Shown here piece by piece: positions 27,549 to 36,435 of a DNA stretch of 64,000 nucleotides. Source of the DNA: Candidatus Aminicenantales bacterium. GTDB taxonomy: Bacteria; Acidobacteriota; Aminicenantia; Aminicenantales; JAFGAV01. The DNA lies in NCBI GenBank assembly GCA_049697055.1, contig JBAVVA010000020.1:219-64218 (forward strand), written 5' to 3'. The translations under genes and the position numbers were made by a program. The first letter of the stretch is position 1; each line of letters starts with the position of its first letter. Below the pieces are notes generated by a model. It ran no database searches. It saw only the letters and a list, made by a program, of their open reading frames with translations, and was not told the DNA's origin.

Positions 27549-30500
27549 TGCCCCTAATGAAACCAACAGTGGATTTTGAAAAATTAAAAGAAATCAGGGC
27601 TGAAATTCTAAAGGATAGAAAAAAACGCAAGAGGACGATCACTGTTTGCGGAGGAACGGGGTGCCATGCCTATGGGTGCCTCAAGGTGGCCCAAGCCTTC
27701 CAGCGGGAAATCAAAAAGCAACGACTTCAAAATTCTGTCGAGGTCAGAACCACCGGCTGTCATGGCTTCTGCGAGAGGGGACCGATCGTCGTGATTCAGC
27801 CCGAGGGGATCTTCTACCAAAGGTTAAAACTGAAGGACGTCAAAGAGGTCATTTCCAAAACAATTAAAAACAAAAAAATAATCGACCGGCTCTTATATGT
27901 GGATCCGGAGACGAACAAGAAAATCGTTTATGAGAAGGCCGTCCCCTTTTATAAAAAGCAAAAACGCATTATTTTCGGCCACAACGGCCTCATCGATCCT
28001 ACAGAAATAAAGGATTATATCGCGGTCAACGGTTATTCCGCCCTGTCCAAAGTCTTGAGTCGAATGACCCCCCCGGAAGTTATTGAAGAAATAAAAAATT
28101 CCGGACTCAGGGGACGCGGGGGGGCGGGCTTTCCCACGGGGTCCAAATGGGAAGTCACGGCCAAGGCGCCAAGCCCGGTCAAGTATATTGTCTGCAACTG
28201 CGACGAAGGCGATCCCGGAGCCTATATGGATCGAAGCTTGTTGGAAGGAAATCCCCACAGTGTCCTGGAAGGCATGCTGATTGGAGCCTTTGCCATAGGG
28301 GCCCAGGAGGGATACGTTTATGTCCGGGCTGAATATCCCATTGCCGTAGAAAACATTTCCATCGCCATTGAACAGGCCAGGAAATACAACCTGCTGGGGA
28401 ATAATATCTTGGGGTCCGATTTCAGTTTCGATGTTTTCGTCTCCAAAGGGGCGGGCGCTTTTGTGTCCGGGGAGGAGACAGCCCTTTTGGCCAGTATTGA
28501 AGGCAAAATTGGGGTCCCCCAACAAAGGCCGCCCTATCCGGCCCAAAAAGGACTGCGGGGAAAGCCGACCAATATTAATAATGTAGAGACATGGGCGAAC
28601 GTGCCCTTCATCATCAATAAAGGCGCTTCCTGGTATTCTCAAATCGGGACCAATGGAAGCAAGGGGACCAAGATATTTTCTCTGGTGGGGAAAATCAACA
28701 ACACCGGCTTGGTCGAAGTGCCCATGGGAATGACCCTTAGGGAAATCATCTTTGATATAGGCGGAGGAATTCCAGAAGGGAAAAAATTCAAAGCCGTCCA
28801 GACCGGAGGACCCTCCGGGGGATGCATTCCCCAAGAACTCATTGATTTGCCCATCGACTATGAAAGCCTGGCCAAGGCCGGCTCGATCATGGGCTCGGGC
28901 GGCATGATCGTCATGGACGAGAACACCTGTATGGTGGACGTGGCCAAGTATTTCCTCAACTTCCTCCGTGACGAGTCCTGCGGCAAATGCGTTTCCTGCC
29001 GCGAAGGCACCCAGCGAATGTGGGAGATCGTTAAGAACATCACCGACGGCCGGGCCAAGATGGAAGACCTGGCACTCCTGGAGGAACTGGCCGGCGCGGT
29101 CAAGGACGCCTCCCTGTGCGGATTGGGCCAGACGGCGGCCAACCCGGTGTTGTCCACGCTCCGCTATTTCCGCCACGAGTACGAGACGCACCTTAAGCAG
29201 ATGCGCTGCCCGGCTTTGGTCTGCAAGGAGATCGTCGGGTCTCCCTGCCAGTATATCTGCCCTGCCGACCAGGAAGCCTCGACCTACATCGCCCTGATCG
29301 CCCGGGGCGACCTGGCGGAAGCCTATCGCATCATTCGCAAGGACAATCCCCTGCCCAGCGTCTGCGGCCGGGTTTGCAACCATCCCTGCGAGAAAGTCTG
29401 CCGGGCGAGCGAGATGGGCGAGCCCATCGCCATCCGCGCCCTCAAGCGCTTCGTCCTGGACTGGGCGGCTTCCCACAACTTGAAGCCCTCGCTCCCCTCC
29501 CGTGAATTGAAGAGCGAGAAGGTGGCCGTGGTAGGCGCCGGGCCGGCCGGCTTGTCCGCCGCCTACATTCTTAGCCTGAAGGGCTACCCGGTAACGGTCT
29601 ATGAGGCCTCTCCGGTCGCCGGCGGCTGGCTGGCTCTCGGCATCCCCGAGCACCGGCTGCCCCGCCAGGCCCTCCAGGCCGACCTGGACCATATCCGGAA
29701 GGCCGGGGTGACCATAAAAACCAACACCGTCCTGGGACGGGACATCACCGTCTCCGGTCTGTTCAGCCAGGGGTTCAAGGCGGTGTTCATCGCCACCGGA
29801 GCCCACAAGTCGATGAAGCTGGAAATAGCGGGCGAGGAAGCCCGGGGCGTGCTCAAGGGGACCGAATACCTGAAAAAAATCAACCTGGGCCAGAAGGCGG
29901 AGCTGGGCCGCCGGGTCGCCGTTATCGGCGGCGGCAATACAGCCATCGACGCCGCCCGGGCGGCGGTGCGCGACCCTGCCTGCCAAAAAGTCATAATCCT
30001 CTATCGCCGGACGCGCGAGGAGATGCCGGCCTTCTCCGAGGAAGTGGAGGCGGCCATCGAGGAAGGGGTGGACATCAGGTTCCTGGCGGCCCCCGTTAAA
30101 GTCCTGACCGAGGGAGGCCGGGTCATCGGCCTGGAGTGTATCCGCATGAAGCTGGGAGACAAAGACGAGAGCGGCCGGCGGAAACCGGTGCCCCTCCCCG
30201 GCTCGGAGTTCAAGGTGAAGCTGGACACGGTCATCGCCGCCATCGGCGAAAGAGCCGACGCCGCTTCTTTCACCAAGGGTGAGTCCATCGACATCAGCCA
30301 GTGGGAGACGATCGTAACCGACCCGGAGACTCTGGCCACCAACCGGCCGGGCGTCTTCGCCGGAGGCGACGTGGCCACCGGGCCGCGGACGGTTGTGGAG
30401 GCCATCGGCCAAGGCAAGCTCGCGGCAGAATCCATGGCCCACTATCTGGAAGGCGTTCAGCCGGTGCGCGAGTACAAGCTCAATCGGCCGTCGCTGTACG

Positions 30501-30706
30501 TCGAGCCGATGGAACTCTCCGAAGAAGAGACGGCTAAAGCTTCCCGGCCGAAGATTCCTCGTCTGACGGTCAAAGACAGACACCTTTCCTTCCGCGAGGT
30601 CATCCAGGGGTTGAACGAGGCGCAAGCCGTGCGCGAAGCGCGGCGCTGCCTGCGCTGCGACCTGGAGACGGAAGACGGCAAGAAAGCCATAGGAAAGAAC
30701 ACATGA
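27545..30706 (+). CDS. Fusion protein: NuoE-like [2Fe-2S] domain + NuoF-like NADH/FMN/[4Fe-4S] module + GltD-like FAD/NAD(P) oxidoreductase (glutamate synthase small-subunit / NfnB / SudA-like)
   Basis: 'TVCGGTGCHAYGC...TTGCHGFCERGP'; NuoF 'GRGGAGFPTGSKW', 'GAGAFVSGEETALLASIEG', 'ESCGKCVSCREG'; GltD part two [4Fe-4S] Cys clusters, 'VAVVGAGPAGLSAAY', 'VAVIGGGNTAIDAAR'. Confidence 0.85.
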   Translation: MMPLMKPTVDFEKLKEIRAEILKDRKKRKRTITVCGGTGCHAYGCLKVAQAFQREIKKQRLQNSVEVRTTGCHGFCERGPIVVIQPEGIFYQRLKLKDVKEVISKTIKNKKIIDRLLYVDPETNKKIVYEKAVPFYKKQKRIIFGHNGLIDPTEIKDYIAVNGYSALSKVLSRMTPPEVIEEIKNSGLRGRGGAGFPTGSKWEVTAKAPSPVKYIVCNCDEGDPGAYMDRSLLEGNPHSVLEGMLIGAFAIGAQEGYVYVRAEYPIAVENISIAIEQARKYNLLGNNILGSDFSFDVFVSKGAGAFVSGEETALLASIEGKIGVPQQRPPYPAQKGLRGKPTNINNVETWANVPFIINKGASWYSQIGTNGSKGTKIFSLVGKINNTGLVEVPMGMTLREIIFDIGGGIPEGKKFKAVQTGGPSGGCIPQELIDLPIDYESLAKAGSIMGSGGMIVMDENTCMVDVAKYFLNFLRDESCGKCVSCREGTQRMWEIVKNITDGRAKMEDLALLEELAGAVKDASLCGLGQTAANPVLSTLRYFRHEYETHLKQMRCPALVCKEIVGSPCQYICPADQEASTYIALIARGDLAEAYRIIRKDNPLPSVCGRVCNHPCEKVCRASEMGEPIAIRALKRFVLDWAASHNLKPSLPSRELKSEKVAVVGAGPAGLSAAYILSLKGYPVTVYEASPVAGGWLALGIPEHRLPRQALQADLDHIRKAGVTIKTNTVLGRDITVSGLFSQGFKAVFIATGAHKSMKLEIAGEEARGVLKGTEYLKKINLGQKAELGRRVAVIGGGNTAIDAARAAVRDPACQKVIILYRRTREEMPAFSEEVEAAIEEGVDIRFLAAPVKVLTEGGRVIGLECIRMKLGDKDESGRRKPVPLPGSEFKVKLDTVIAAIGERADAASFTKGESIDISQWETIVTDPETLATNRPGVFAGGDVATGPRTVVEAIGQGKLAAESMAHYLEGVQPVREYKLNRPSLYVEPMELSEEETAKASRPKIPRLTVKDRHLSFREVIQGLNEAQAVREARRCLRCDLETEDGKKAIGKNT

Positions 30707-31395
30707 TCACCATCACCCTCAACGGTGTCGAAGTCCAGGTTGAGGAGCATTGGTCCGTCCTCGAGGCGACTAAGTTCTACGGCCTGGCCATTCCGACGCT
30801 CTGCTATCACGAGGGGCTGAGCCCCTTCGGCGGCTGCCGCCTGTGCCTGGTCGAGATCGGGGAAGCGCCCCGGACCAAGCTCATTTCCTCCTGCACTTAC
30901 CGGGTCGAGCCCGGCCTCATCGTCAGGACGGACACCCGGCGGGTAGTCGAAGCCCGGCGGATGATGATCGAGCTGATGCTGTCCACGGCGCCTTATTCCA
31001 AGGTCCTCCAGGACCTGGCCTCCAAGTACGGGGTAACCCGCCAGAGGTTCAAGCCGCGCAACGACGAATGCATCCTGTGCGGCCTGTGCGTCCGGATTTG
31101 CGCCGAGCAGATGGACGGACGGGCCATCGGCTTCCAGAACCGGGGCCATAAGAAGAAGGTGTCCACGCCTTTCGACAGGCGCTCCGAGGAATGCCGGCTG
31201 TGCGGCGCCTGCATGTACATCTGCCCGGCCTGCCAGCTCCGCTGCCAGGGGCCTCAGGCCGACACGGCCCTGTGCAACGCCTGCCTGACCATGGAGCCCA
31301 CCTGCCTGGAGCAATATGACGAGCTCCGCTGCTGGATGTACGACGCCGGACGGTGCGGGACCTGTGTCCAGCCCAACCCGGATCAAAGCAAATAG
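30703..31395 (+). CDS. NuoG/HydA N-terminal-like ferredoxin ([2Fe-2S] + His-ligated [4Fe-4S] + 2x[4Fe-4S])
   Basis: 'ITLNGVEVQVEE...CYHEGLSPFGGCRLCLVEI', 'CILCGLCVRIC', 'CRLCGACMYICPAC'. Confidence 0.75.
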   Translation: MITITLNGVEVQVEEHWSVLEATKFYGLAIPTLCYHEGLSPFGGCRLCLVEIGEAPRTKLISSCTYRVEPGLIVRTDTRRVVEARRMMIELMLSTAPYSKVLQDLASKYGVTRQRFKPRNDECILCGLCVRICAEQMDGRAIGFQNRGHKKKVSTPFDRRSEECRLCGACMYICPACQLRCQGPQADTALCNACLTMEPTCLEQYDELRCWMYDAGRCGTCVQPNPDQSK

Positions 31396-31463
31396 AGCCA
31401 GGAAGCAAGCGATGCCCACGACTGGCTTGATCATAGACGGACACCAATAATAAGGAGGTCATC

Positions 31464-33041
31464 ATGTCTTATACGAAACTCAATCGCAGCGCAGCGACCC
31501 TGACCAAGAACAGAACGGAAGGCTCGATCAGCCCCTTCAGCGGGATGTGCGTCACCTGCGTGGACGGCTGCATCGGGATGTGCGAGATCGGCAAATCCGC
31601 CTACCGGGGCCCGGAAGTCCTCTATCCCCAGCCCTTCGGCCTGATCACCGCGGCCTCGGAGAAAGAATATCCCTTCGACCTGTCCCATTTCAGCATCATG
31701 GGCACGGCCGTCGGCGCCCACGGCTGCGCGGCCGATTCCGACGTGGCCACCTTCGAAAAGGTCACCGTGGAGACCAAGATCGGCCGGGACAAGTCCATCA
31801 AGCTCAAGCTGCCCTTCGTCCTGGGCGGGATGGGCTCGACCAACGTAGCCAAGCAGAATTGGGAGGGGATCGGCATCGGGGCGGCCATTTCCGGCGTCAT
31901 CCTGACCGTGGGCGAGAACGTCTGCGCCATGGACGAAGAATCCGAGATCAAGAACGGCCGGGTGGTCCGCTCCCCGGATATGGAAATGCGGGTCAAGAGC
32001 TTCCAGAATTGGTATGACGGCTACGGCACGGTCGTCGTCCAGGCCAACGTGGAGGACACCCGGCTGGGAGTTCAGGAATACGCCATCAACAAGCTGGGCG
32101 TCCAGGCCGTCGAGCTCAAGTGGGGCCAGGGGGCCAAGGACATCGGCGGCGAGGTCAAGATCAAGAGCCTGAAAAAGGCCCAGGAATTGCGCGGGCGGGG
32201 CTACATCGTCCTGCCCGACCCCGAGGACCCCAACGTCATCAAAGCCTTCGAGAAGGGCAGCTTCAAAGAATTCGAGCGGCACTCCCGGCTGGGCATGGTC
32301 GAGGAGGAAAGTTTCATGAAGCGCGTGGAGGAGCTCCGCCGGGCCGGGGCCAAGCACGTCTTCCTCAAGACCGGCGCCTACCGTCCGGCCGACCTGGCCC
32401 GCGCGGTCAAATACGCCTCCCAGGCTAAAATCGACATGCTGACCGTGGACGGCGCAGGCGGCGGCACGGGCATGAGTCCCTGGCGGATGATGAACGAGTG
32501 GGGCATCCCCTCGGTCGAGATCTGGTCGCTGACCCACCAGTATGAGGATAAACTGGCCCAGCGGGGCGAGTACGTGCCCGACACCGTTTTCGGCGGGGGC
32601 ATCACCTTTGAGGACCAGATCTTCAAAGCCCTGGCCCTGGGCTCACCCTACGTCAAGGCGGTGGGCATGGCCCGCGGCCCGCTGGCCTCGGCCATGGTGG
32701 GCAAGACCATCGGCAAGCGGATCGCCGAGAGCCAGATCCCGGTTTACGTCGAGCGGTTCGGCTATTCGGTCGAGGAGATTTTCGTCACCGCCCCCGAACT
32801 CAAGCACAAATACGGCGACCGGTTCGCCCAATTGCCCACCGGAGCCATCGGCGTCTACACCTACTTCCGGCGGCTGAGCCAGGGCCTGCGCCAGCTCATG
32901 GCCGGCAACCGCAAGTTCGGACTGGAGCACATCACCCGCGACGACATCGCCTCCCTGACCAAGGAAGCGGCCGACATCTCCGGCATCTCTTATGTCCTGG
33001 ACGTGGACAAAGACGAGGTGGAGAAGATACTGAAGGGCTGA
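31464..33041 (+). CDS. Glutamate synthase large-subunit FMN/[3Fe-4S] synthase domain as stand-alone protein (archaeal-type GltB)
   Basis: RBS taaggagg; 'CVTCVDGCIGMCE' Cys cluster, 'GGMGSTN', 'DGAGGGTGMSPW' FMN-domain motifs. Confidence 0.8.
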   Translation: MSYTKLNRSAATLTKNRTEGSISPFSGMCVTCVDGCIGMCEIGKSAYRGPEVLYPQPFGLITAASEKEYPFDLSHFSIMGTAVGAHGCAADSDVATFEKVTVETKIGRDKSIKLKLPFVLGGMGSTNVAKQNWEGIGIGAAISGVILTVGENVCAMDEESEIKNGRVVRSPDMEMRVKSFQNWYDGYGTVVVQANVEDTRLGVQEYAINKLGVQAVELKWGQGAKDIGGEVKIKSLKKAQELRGRGYIVLPDPEDPNVIKAFEKGSFKEFERHSRLGMVEEESFMKRVEELRRAGAKHVFLKTGAYRPADLARAVKYASQAKIDMLTVDGAGGGTGMSPWRMMNEWGIPSVEIWSLTHQYEDKLAQRGEYVPDTVFGGGITFEDQIFKALALGSPYVKAVGMARGPLASAMVGKTIGKRIAESQIPVYVERFGYSVEEIFVTAPELKHKYGDRFAQLPTGAIGVYTYFRRLSQGLRQLMAGNRKFGLEHITRDDIASLTKEAADISGISYVLDVDKDEVEKILKG

Positions 33042-33057
33042 CGCGCCGCAACAGGAT

Positions 33058-33098
33058 AAAAAGGGCTCCTCGCTATAAAAACGAGGAGCCCTTTTTAT
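33058..33098 (+). terminator. Rho-independent terminator after the GOGAT-like operon
   Basis: 'AAAAGGGCTCCTCG-ctataaaaa-CGAGGAGCCCTTTTTAT' perfect 13-bp stem + T-run. Confidence 0.8.
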
Positions 33099-33119
33099 AT
33101 AAATCATTTCTTTTCGGTT

Positions 33120-33284
33120 GCATCTCCAAACGTTTGATATATGGGGAGGGGTGGCACGGCGCCAGTTCCCGCCCGCCCGAAGCGCATGGTGGTGGGTGGG
33201 CGGGTCTTGCGCGAGGACGGACGGGAACGCGCCGTGACAGGACCCCTCCTCTTTTTAAATGCTAGATCATACATTTGGAGATGC
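33120..33284. repeat. Hairpin-forming repeat element copy A (terminal GCATCTCC...GGAGATGC, core GGGGAGGGGTGGCACGGCG / GCCGTGACAGGACCCCTCCTCT)
   Basis: Shares 8-bp inverted termini and ~20-nt core arms with the copy at 40780-40913; variable apical region is internally complementary. Confidence 0.6.
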
Positions 33285-33364
33285 AACCTTTCTTTTCACC
33301 ATTTTTTTCACCATCCCTTTACCGCCCGAAGGCGATATGCTATAAATAGCTGCGGTTTGCTGAC

Positions 33365-34060
33365 ATGAACATCCTCTTCACCGCCATCCAGCTGTTCGTG
33401 CTCCTGTTCGCCATCACCATCCATGAGACGGCTCACGGCTGGGCGGCCATGAAGAAGGGAGACCTGACCGCCTACAGCATGGGCCGCGTCTCGCTCAACC
33501 CCCTGGCCCACATCGACCCGTTCGGCACGATCCTGGTCCCGCTCCTACTCGTCCTGCTCCGGGCCCCGGCCTTCGGCTGGGCCAAACCCGTGCCGGTCAA
33601 CCCTTTCAACCTCAAAAACCCGCGCCGGGACAGCTTATGGATCTCGGCGGCCGGCCCGGCCTCCAACATCCTAACCGCCATAGTGGCCCTGGGCCTCATT
33701 ATTCTTCTTAAGGCTGTCAGCCCCGGCGTCCAACTCTTTTTCGAAAACCTAAGCACTTTTCAAGCCACGCGGGCCGGAGGGGCTGTAGGCATCAGCCTCG
33801 TAAACGGCCTGGCCCTCATCCTCTTCTTCGCCGTACTGGTCAACACCTACCTGGCCGTTTTCAACCTCATTCCCATCCCCCCGCTGGACGGCGGCGGCGT
33901 GCTCATAGGGTTGCTTTCCCCGGCAGCCGCCTCATCCTATGAGCGGATCCGGCCCTACGGCTTTTTGCTGGTGATGGGGCTCATCTACCTGCGCGTCCTG
34001 GATATCATCATCCAGCCCATCCTCTCCCTCATTTTCACCGTCATATTCATCAAGCTATGA
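33365..34060 (+). CDS. Site-2 protease family (M50) membrane zinc metalloprotease, short form
   Basis: 'HETAHG' HExxH in TM helix, 'NLIPIPPLDGG' LDG motif, polytopic. Confidence 0.7.
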   Translation: MNILFTAIQLFVLLFAITIHETAHGWAAMKKGDLTAYSMGRVSLNPLAHIDPFGTILVPLLLVLLRAPAFGWAKPVPVNPFNLKNPRRDSLWISAAGPASNILTAIVALGLIILLKAVSPGVQLFFENLSTFQATRAGGAVGISLVNGLALILFFAVLVNTYLAVFNLIPIPPLDGGGVLIGLLSPAAASSYERIRPYGFLLVMGLIYLRVLDIIIQPILSLIFTVIFIKL

Positions 34061-35055
34061 ACCAGAACATCCCCCGGAACAAAGTCATCCTGAGCGGTGT
34101 GCGGCCCACCGGGCCGCAGCACTTGGGCAACCTGGTCGGCGCGCTCCGCAACTGGCTCAAGCTCCAGGAAGCGAACCTCTGCCACTTTACCATCGTGGAC
34201 TGGCACGCTCTGAGCTCCGAGTACCAGAACCCGCAGGTCATCCGCGGCTTTGTCTTCGAAGTGGCCGCCGACTGGCTGAGCATCGGCCTCGACCCCGAGC
34301 GCAGCGTCCTGTTCGTCCAGTCCCAGGTCAAGGAGCACGCCGAGCTTCACCTGCTGCTGTCCATGTACGTCCCCCTGCCCTGGCTGGAGCGGGTTCCGAC
34401 CTACAAGGAGATGCAGCAGGACCTGGCCGACAAGGACATCAACACCTACGGTTTTCTGGGCTATCCCGTCTTGCAGACGGCGGACATCATCATCTATAAA
34501 GCGGAAGTCGTGCCCGTGGGCGAAGACCAGGTGCCCCACGTGGAGCTGGCCCGGGAGATCGCCCGGCGTTTCAACCGCCTCATCCGTCCGGTCTTCCCCG
34601 AGCCCCAGGCCTACCTGACCGAAGTGCCCAGGCTGGCCGGCACCGACGGCCGGAAGATGAGCAAATCCTTCGGCAACTCCATCTACCTCAAGGACCCGCC
34701 CGAGGTCATCCGGGCCAAGATCGAGCCCATGACCACCGACACCCGGCGGGTTCGGCGCACCGACCCGGGCGAACCGGACGACTGTCCGGTCTTCACCCTG
34801 CATAAAGCCTTCGTCGAAAAGGAAAAGCGGGAGGAGTTGGCCGCCGGCTGCCGCACGGCCGGCATCGGCTGCCTGGACTGCAAGAAAGTGGTCATCGACC
34901 GGATCATCACCGAGCTGACTCCTTTCCGGGAGAAGCGCAGCCGCTTGGAGAAGAACCCTCAACTGGTTTGGGACATCCTGGCCGAGGGTGCCCGCAAAGC
35001 CAGGGACAGGGCCCAGCGAACGTTGGAGGAAGTCCGGAACAGCCTGGGTCTGTGA
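34057..35055 (+). CDS. trpS: Tryptophan--tRNA ligase
   Basis: HIGH-type 'PQHLGNLVGAL', 'KMSKS', 332 aa. Confidence 0.9.
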   Translation: MNQNIPRNKVILSGVRPTGPQHLGNLVGALRNWLKLQEANLCHFTIVDWHALSSEYQNPQVIRGFVFEVAADWLSIGLDPERSVLFVQSQVKEHAELHLLLSMYVPLPWLERVPTYKEMQQDLADKDINTYGFLGYPVLQTADIIIYKAEVVPVGEDQVPHVELAREIARRFNRLIRPVFPEPQAYLTEVPRLAGTDGRKMSKSFGNSIYLKDPPEVIRAKIEPMTTDTRRVRRTDPGEPDDCPVFTLHKAFVEKEKREELAAGCRTAGIGCLDCKKVVIDRIITELTPFREKRSRLEKNPQLVWDILAEGARKARDRAQRTLEEVRNSLGL

Positions 35056-35086
35056 CCCGGCTTCAGCCCGAACCGGAGACCATCCC

Positions 35087-35857
35087 ATGGACATGGAACA
35101 GGTCGAGACGACGGAGAGCGAAAGCTACCACATCAAGATCGAGGTCTTTGAAGGCCCCATGGACCTCCTGATTTTCCTCATCCGGAAGAAAAAGATCGAC
35201 ATCACCGACATCCCCATCGCCGCCATCACCCACGAGTACCTGATCTACCTCGGGCGCAAGGAACAGATCAACCTCGACCGGGAGGCCGAGTTCCTGCTCA
35301 TGGCCGCCCTGCTCATCTCCATCAAGTCCCAGCTCCTGCTGCCCCGGCCCGAGCCGCTGGGCGATGAGGAAGACCCGCGGCGGCCGCTGGTCGACCGTCT
35401 GCTCGAGTACCAGCGCATGAAAACGGCCAGCTCCCGGCTCCGGGAACGGGAGGAAGAGCAGCTGCAGATGTGGCAGAGGTCGGTCCCCCCTCAATCCGAA
35501 GCCGGGGATGAGCCCGGCCTCATCGAAGTTTCGCTCTTCGAGCTGGCCGAGTCGTTCTTCCTTCTCCTCAAGCGGCGGGAGACCGACCACTTCAGATCTC
35601 TCAAGGGCCAGGAGGTTTCGCTCGAGGAAAAGATGCGGGAGATCATCCGTGAGCTCGAGGAGCGCCAGTTTCTCGATTTTCTGGATTACCTGGGCCGGCA
35701 GGAGACTCTGGAGGAAGCGCTCATCGCCTTCTTCTGCCTGCTGGAACTGATTAAAAGCCGCGTCGTCATCGCCGTCCAGGAACAGCTATTTCACACCATC
35801 AAGGTCTGGCTGCGCCGCAGCCGGCCCGCCCCGCAGGCCAATGGACAGTCAGCTTAA
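35087..35857 (+). CDS. scpA: Segregation and condensation protein A
   Basis: Internal ATG (MDMEQVE...); 'IEVFEGPMDLLIFLIRKKKIDITDIPIAAITHEYL' ScpA N-terminus. Confidence 0.8.
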   Translation: MDMEQVETTESESYHIKIEVFEGPMDLLIFLIRKKKIDITDIPIAAITHEYLIYLGRKEQINLDREAEFLLMAALLISIKSQLLLPRPEPLGDEEDPRRPLVDRLLEYQRMKTASSRLREREEEQLQMWQRSVPPQSEAGDEPGLIEVSLFELAESFFLLLKRRETDHFRSLKGQEVSLEEKMREIIRELEERQFLDFLDYLGRQETLEEALIAFFCLLELIKSRVVIAVQEQLFHTIKVWLRRSRPAPQANGQSA

Positions 35858-36392
35858 AGACATCCTGGAGGCGCTCATCTTTATTTCGGTCGAGCCCCTG
35901 ACCCTGGACCGCATCAAGGAAGTCCTGGCCGACACGCCGGAGGAGGAGCTGCGCCGGGCGTTGGACGAGCTGGCTCAGGAATACGGCCGGCCCGGCCGGG
36001 GCATCAGTCTCCAGAGCGCGGCGGGAGGCTATCTCTTCACCACCAAATCGGAATGCGACCCCTGGGTGCGGCGCCTGCTCCAGATCGAGCGCAAGAGCAG
36101 GCTGTCCCGGGCCGCGGTGGAGACACTGGCCGTCATCGCCTATCATCAGCCGGCCACCCAGGCCGAGATCCAGGCCATCCGCGGGGTGGACTCCTCCTAT
36201 ACGGTCCACACCCTGCTGGAGAAAAAACTGGTAAAGATCAGCGGCCGGAAGAAGGCGCCGGGCAGTCCCCTGCTCTACAAGACAACCGATAGGTTCTTGA
36301 CTTATTTCGGCCTCAACGACCTGAGCGAACTGCCTTCGGTTGAAGAGGTGGCCAAAATGCTGGAAGAAGAAGAGCAGCATGCGGAGAAGTAA
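35841..36392 (+). CDS. scpB: Segregation and condensation protein B
   Basis: 'LEALIFISVEPLTLDRI', winged-helix 'AEIQAIRGVDSSYTVHTLLEKKLV'. Confidence 0.85.
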   Translation: MDSQLKDILEALIFISVEPLTLDRIKEVLADTPEEELRRALDELAQEYGRPGRGISLQSAAGGYLFTTKSECDPWVRRLLQIERKSRLSRAAVETLAVIAYHQPATQAEIQAIRGVDSSYTVHTLLEKKLVKISGRKKAPGSPLLYKTTDRFLTYFGLNDLSELPSVEEVAKMLEEEEQHAEK

Positions 36393-36435
36393 GCATACCG
36401 CGCCACCCCTTTACGATTACAGGGAATCACGGAAA

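Noticed and set aside
27893-30625. 910-aa ORF on - strand
   Set aside because: Antisense to the NuoF-GltD fusion gene, which has unambiguous cofactor motifs; artefact
33104-33286. 60-aa ORF (and the analogous stretch in ORF 40704-41348) sharing 'FKKRRGPVTA...AVPPLP'
   Set aside because: Similarity arises from reading through the nucleotide repeat element on the minus strand; no RBS or independent evidence of coding
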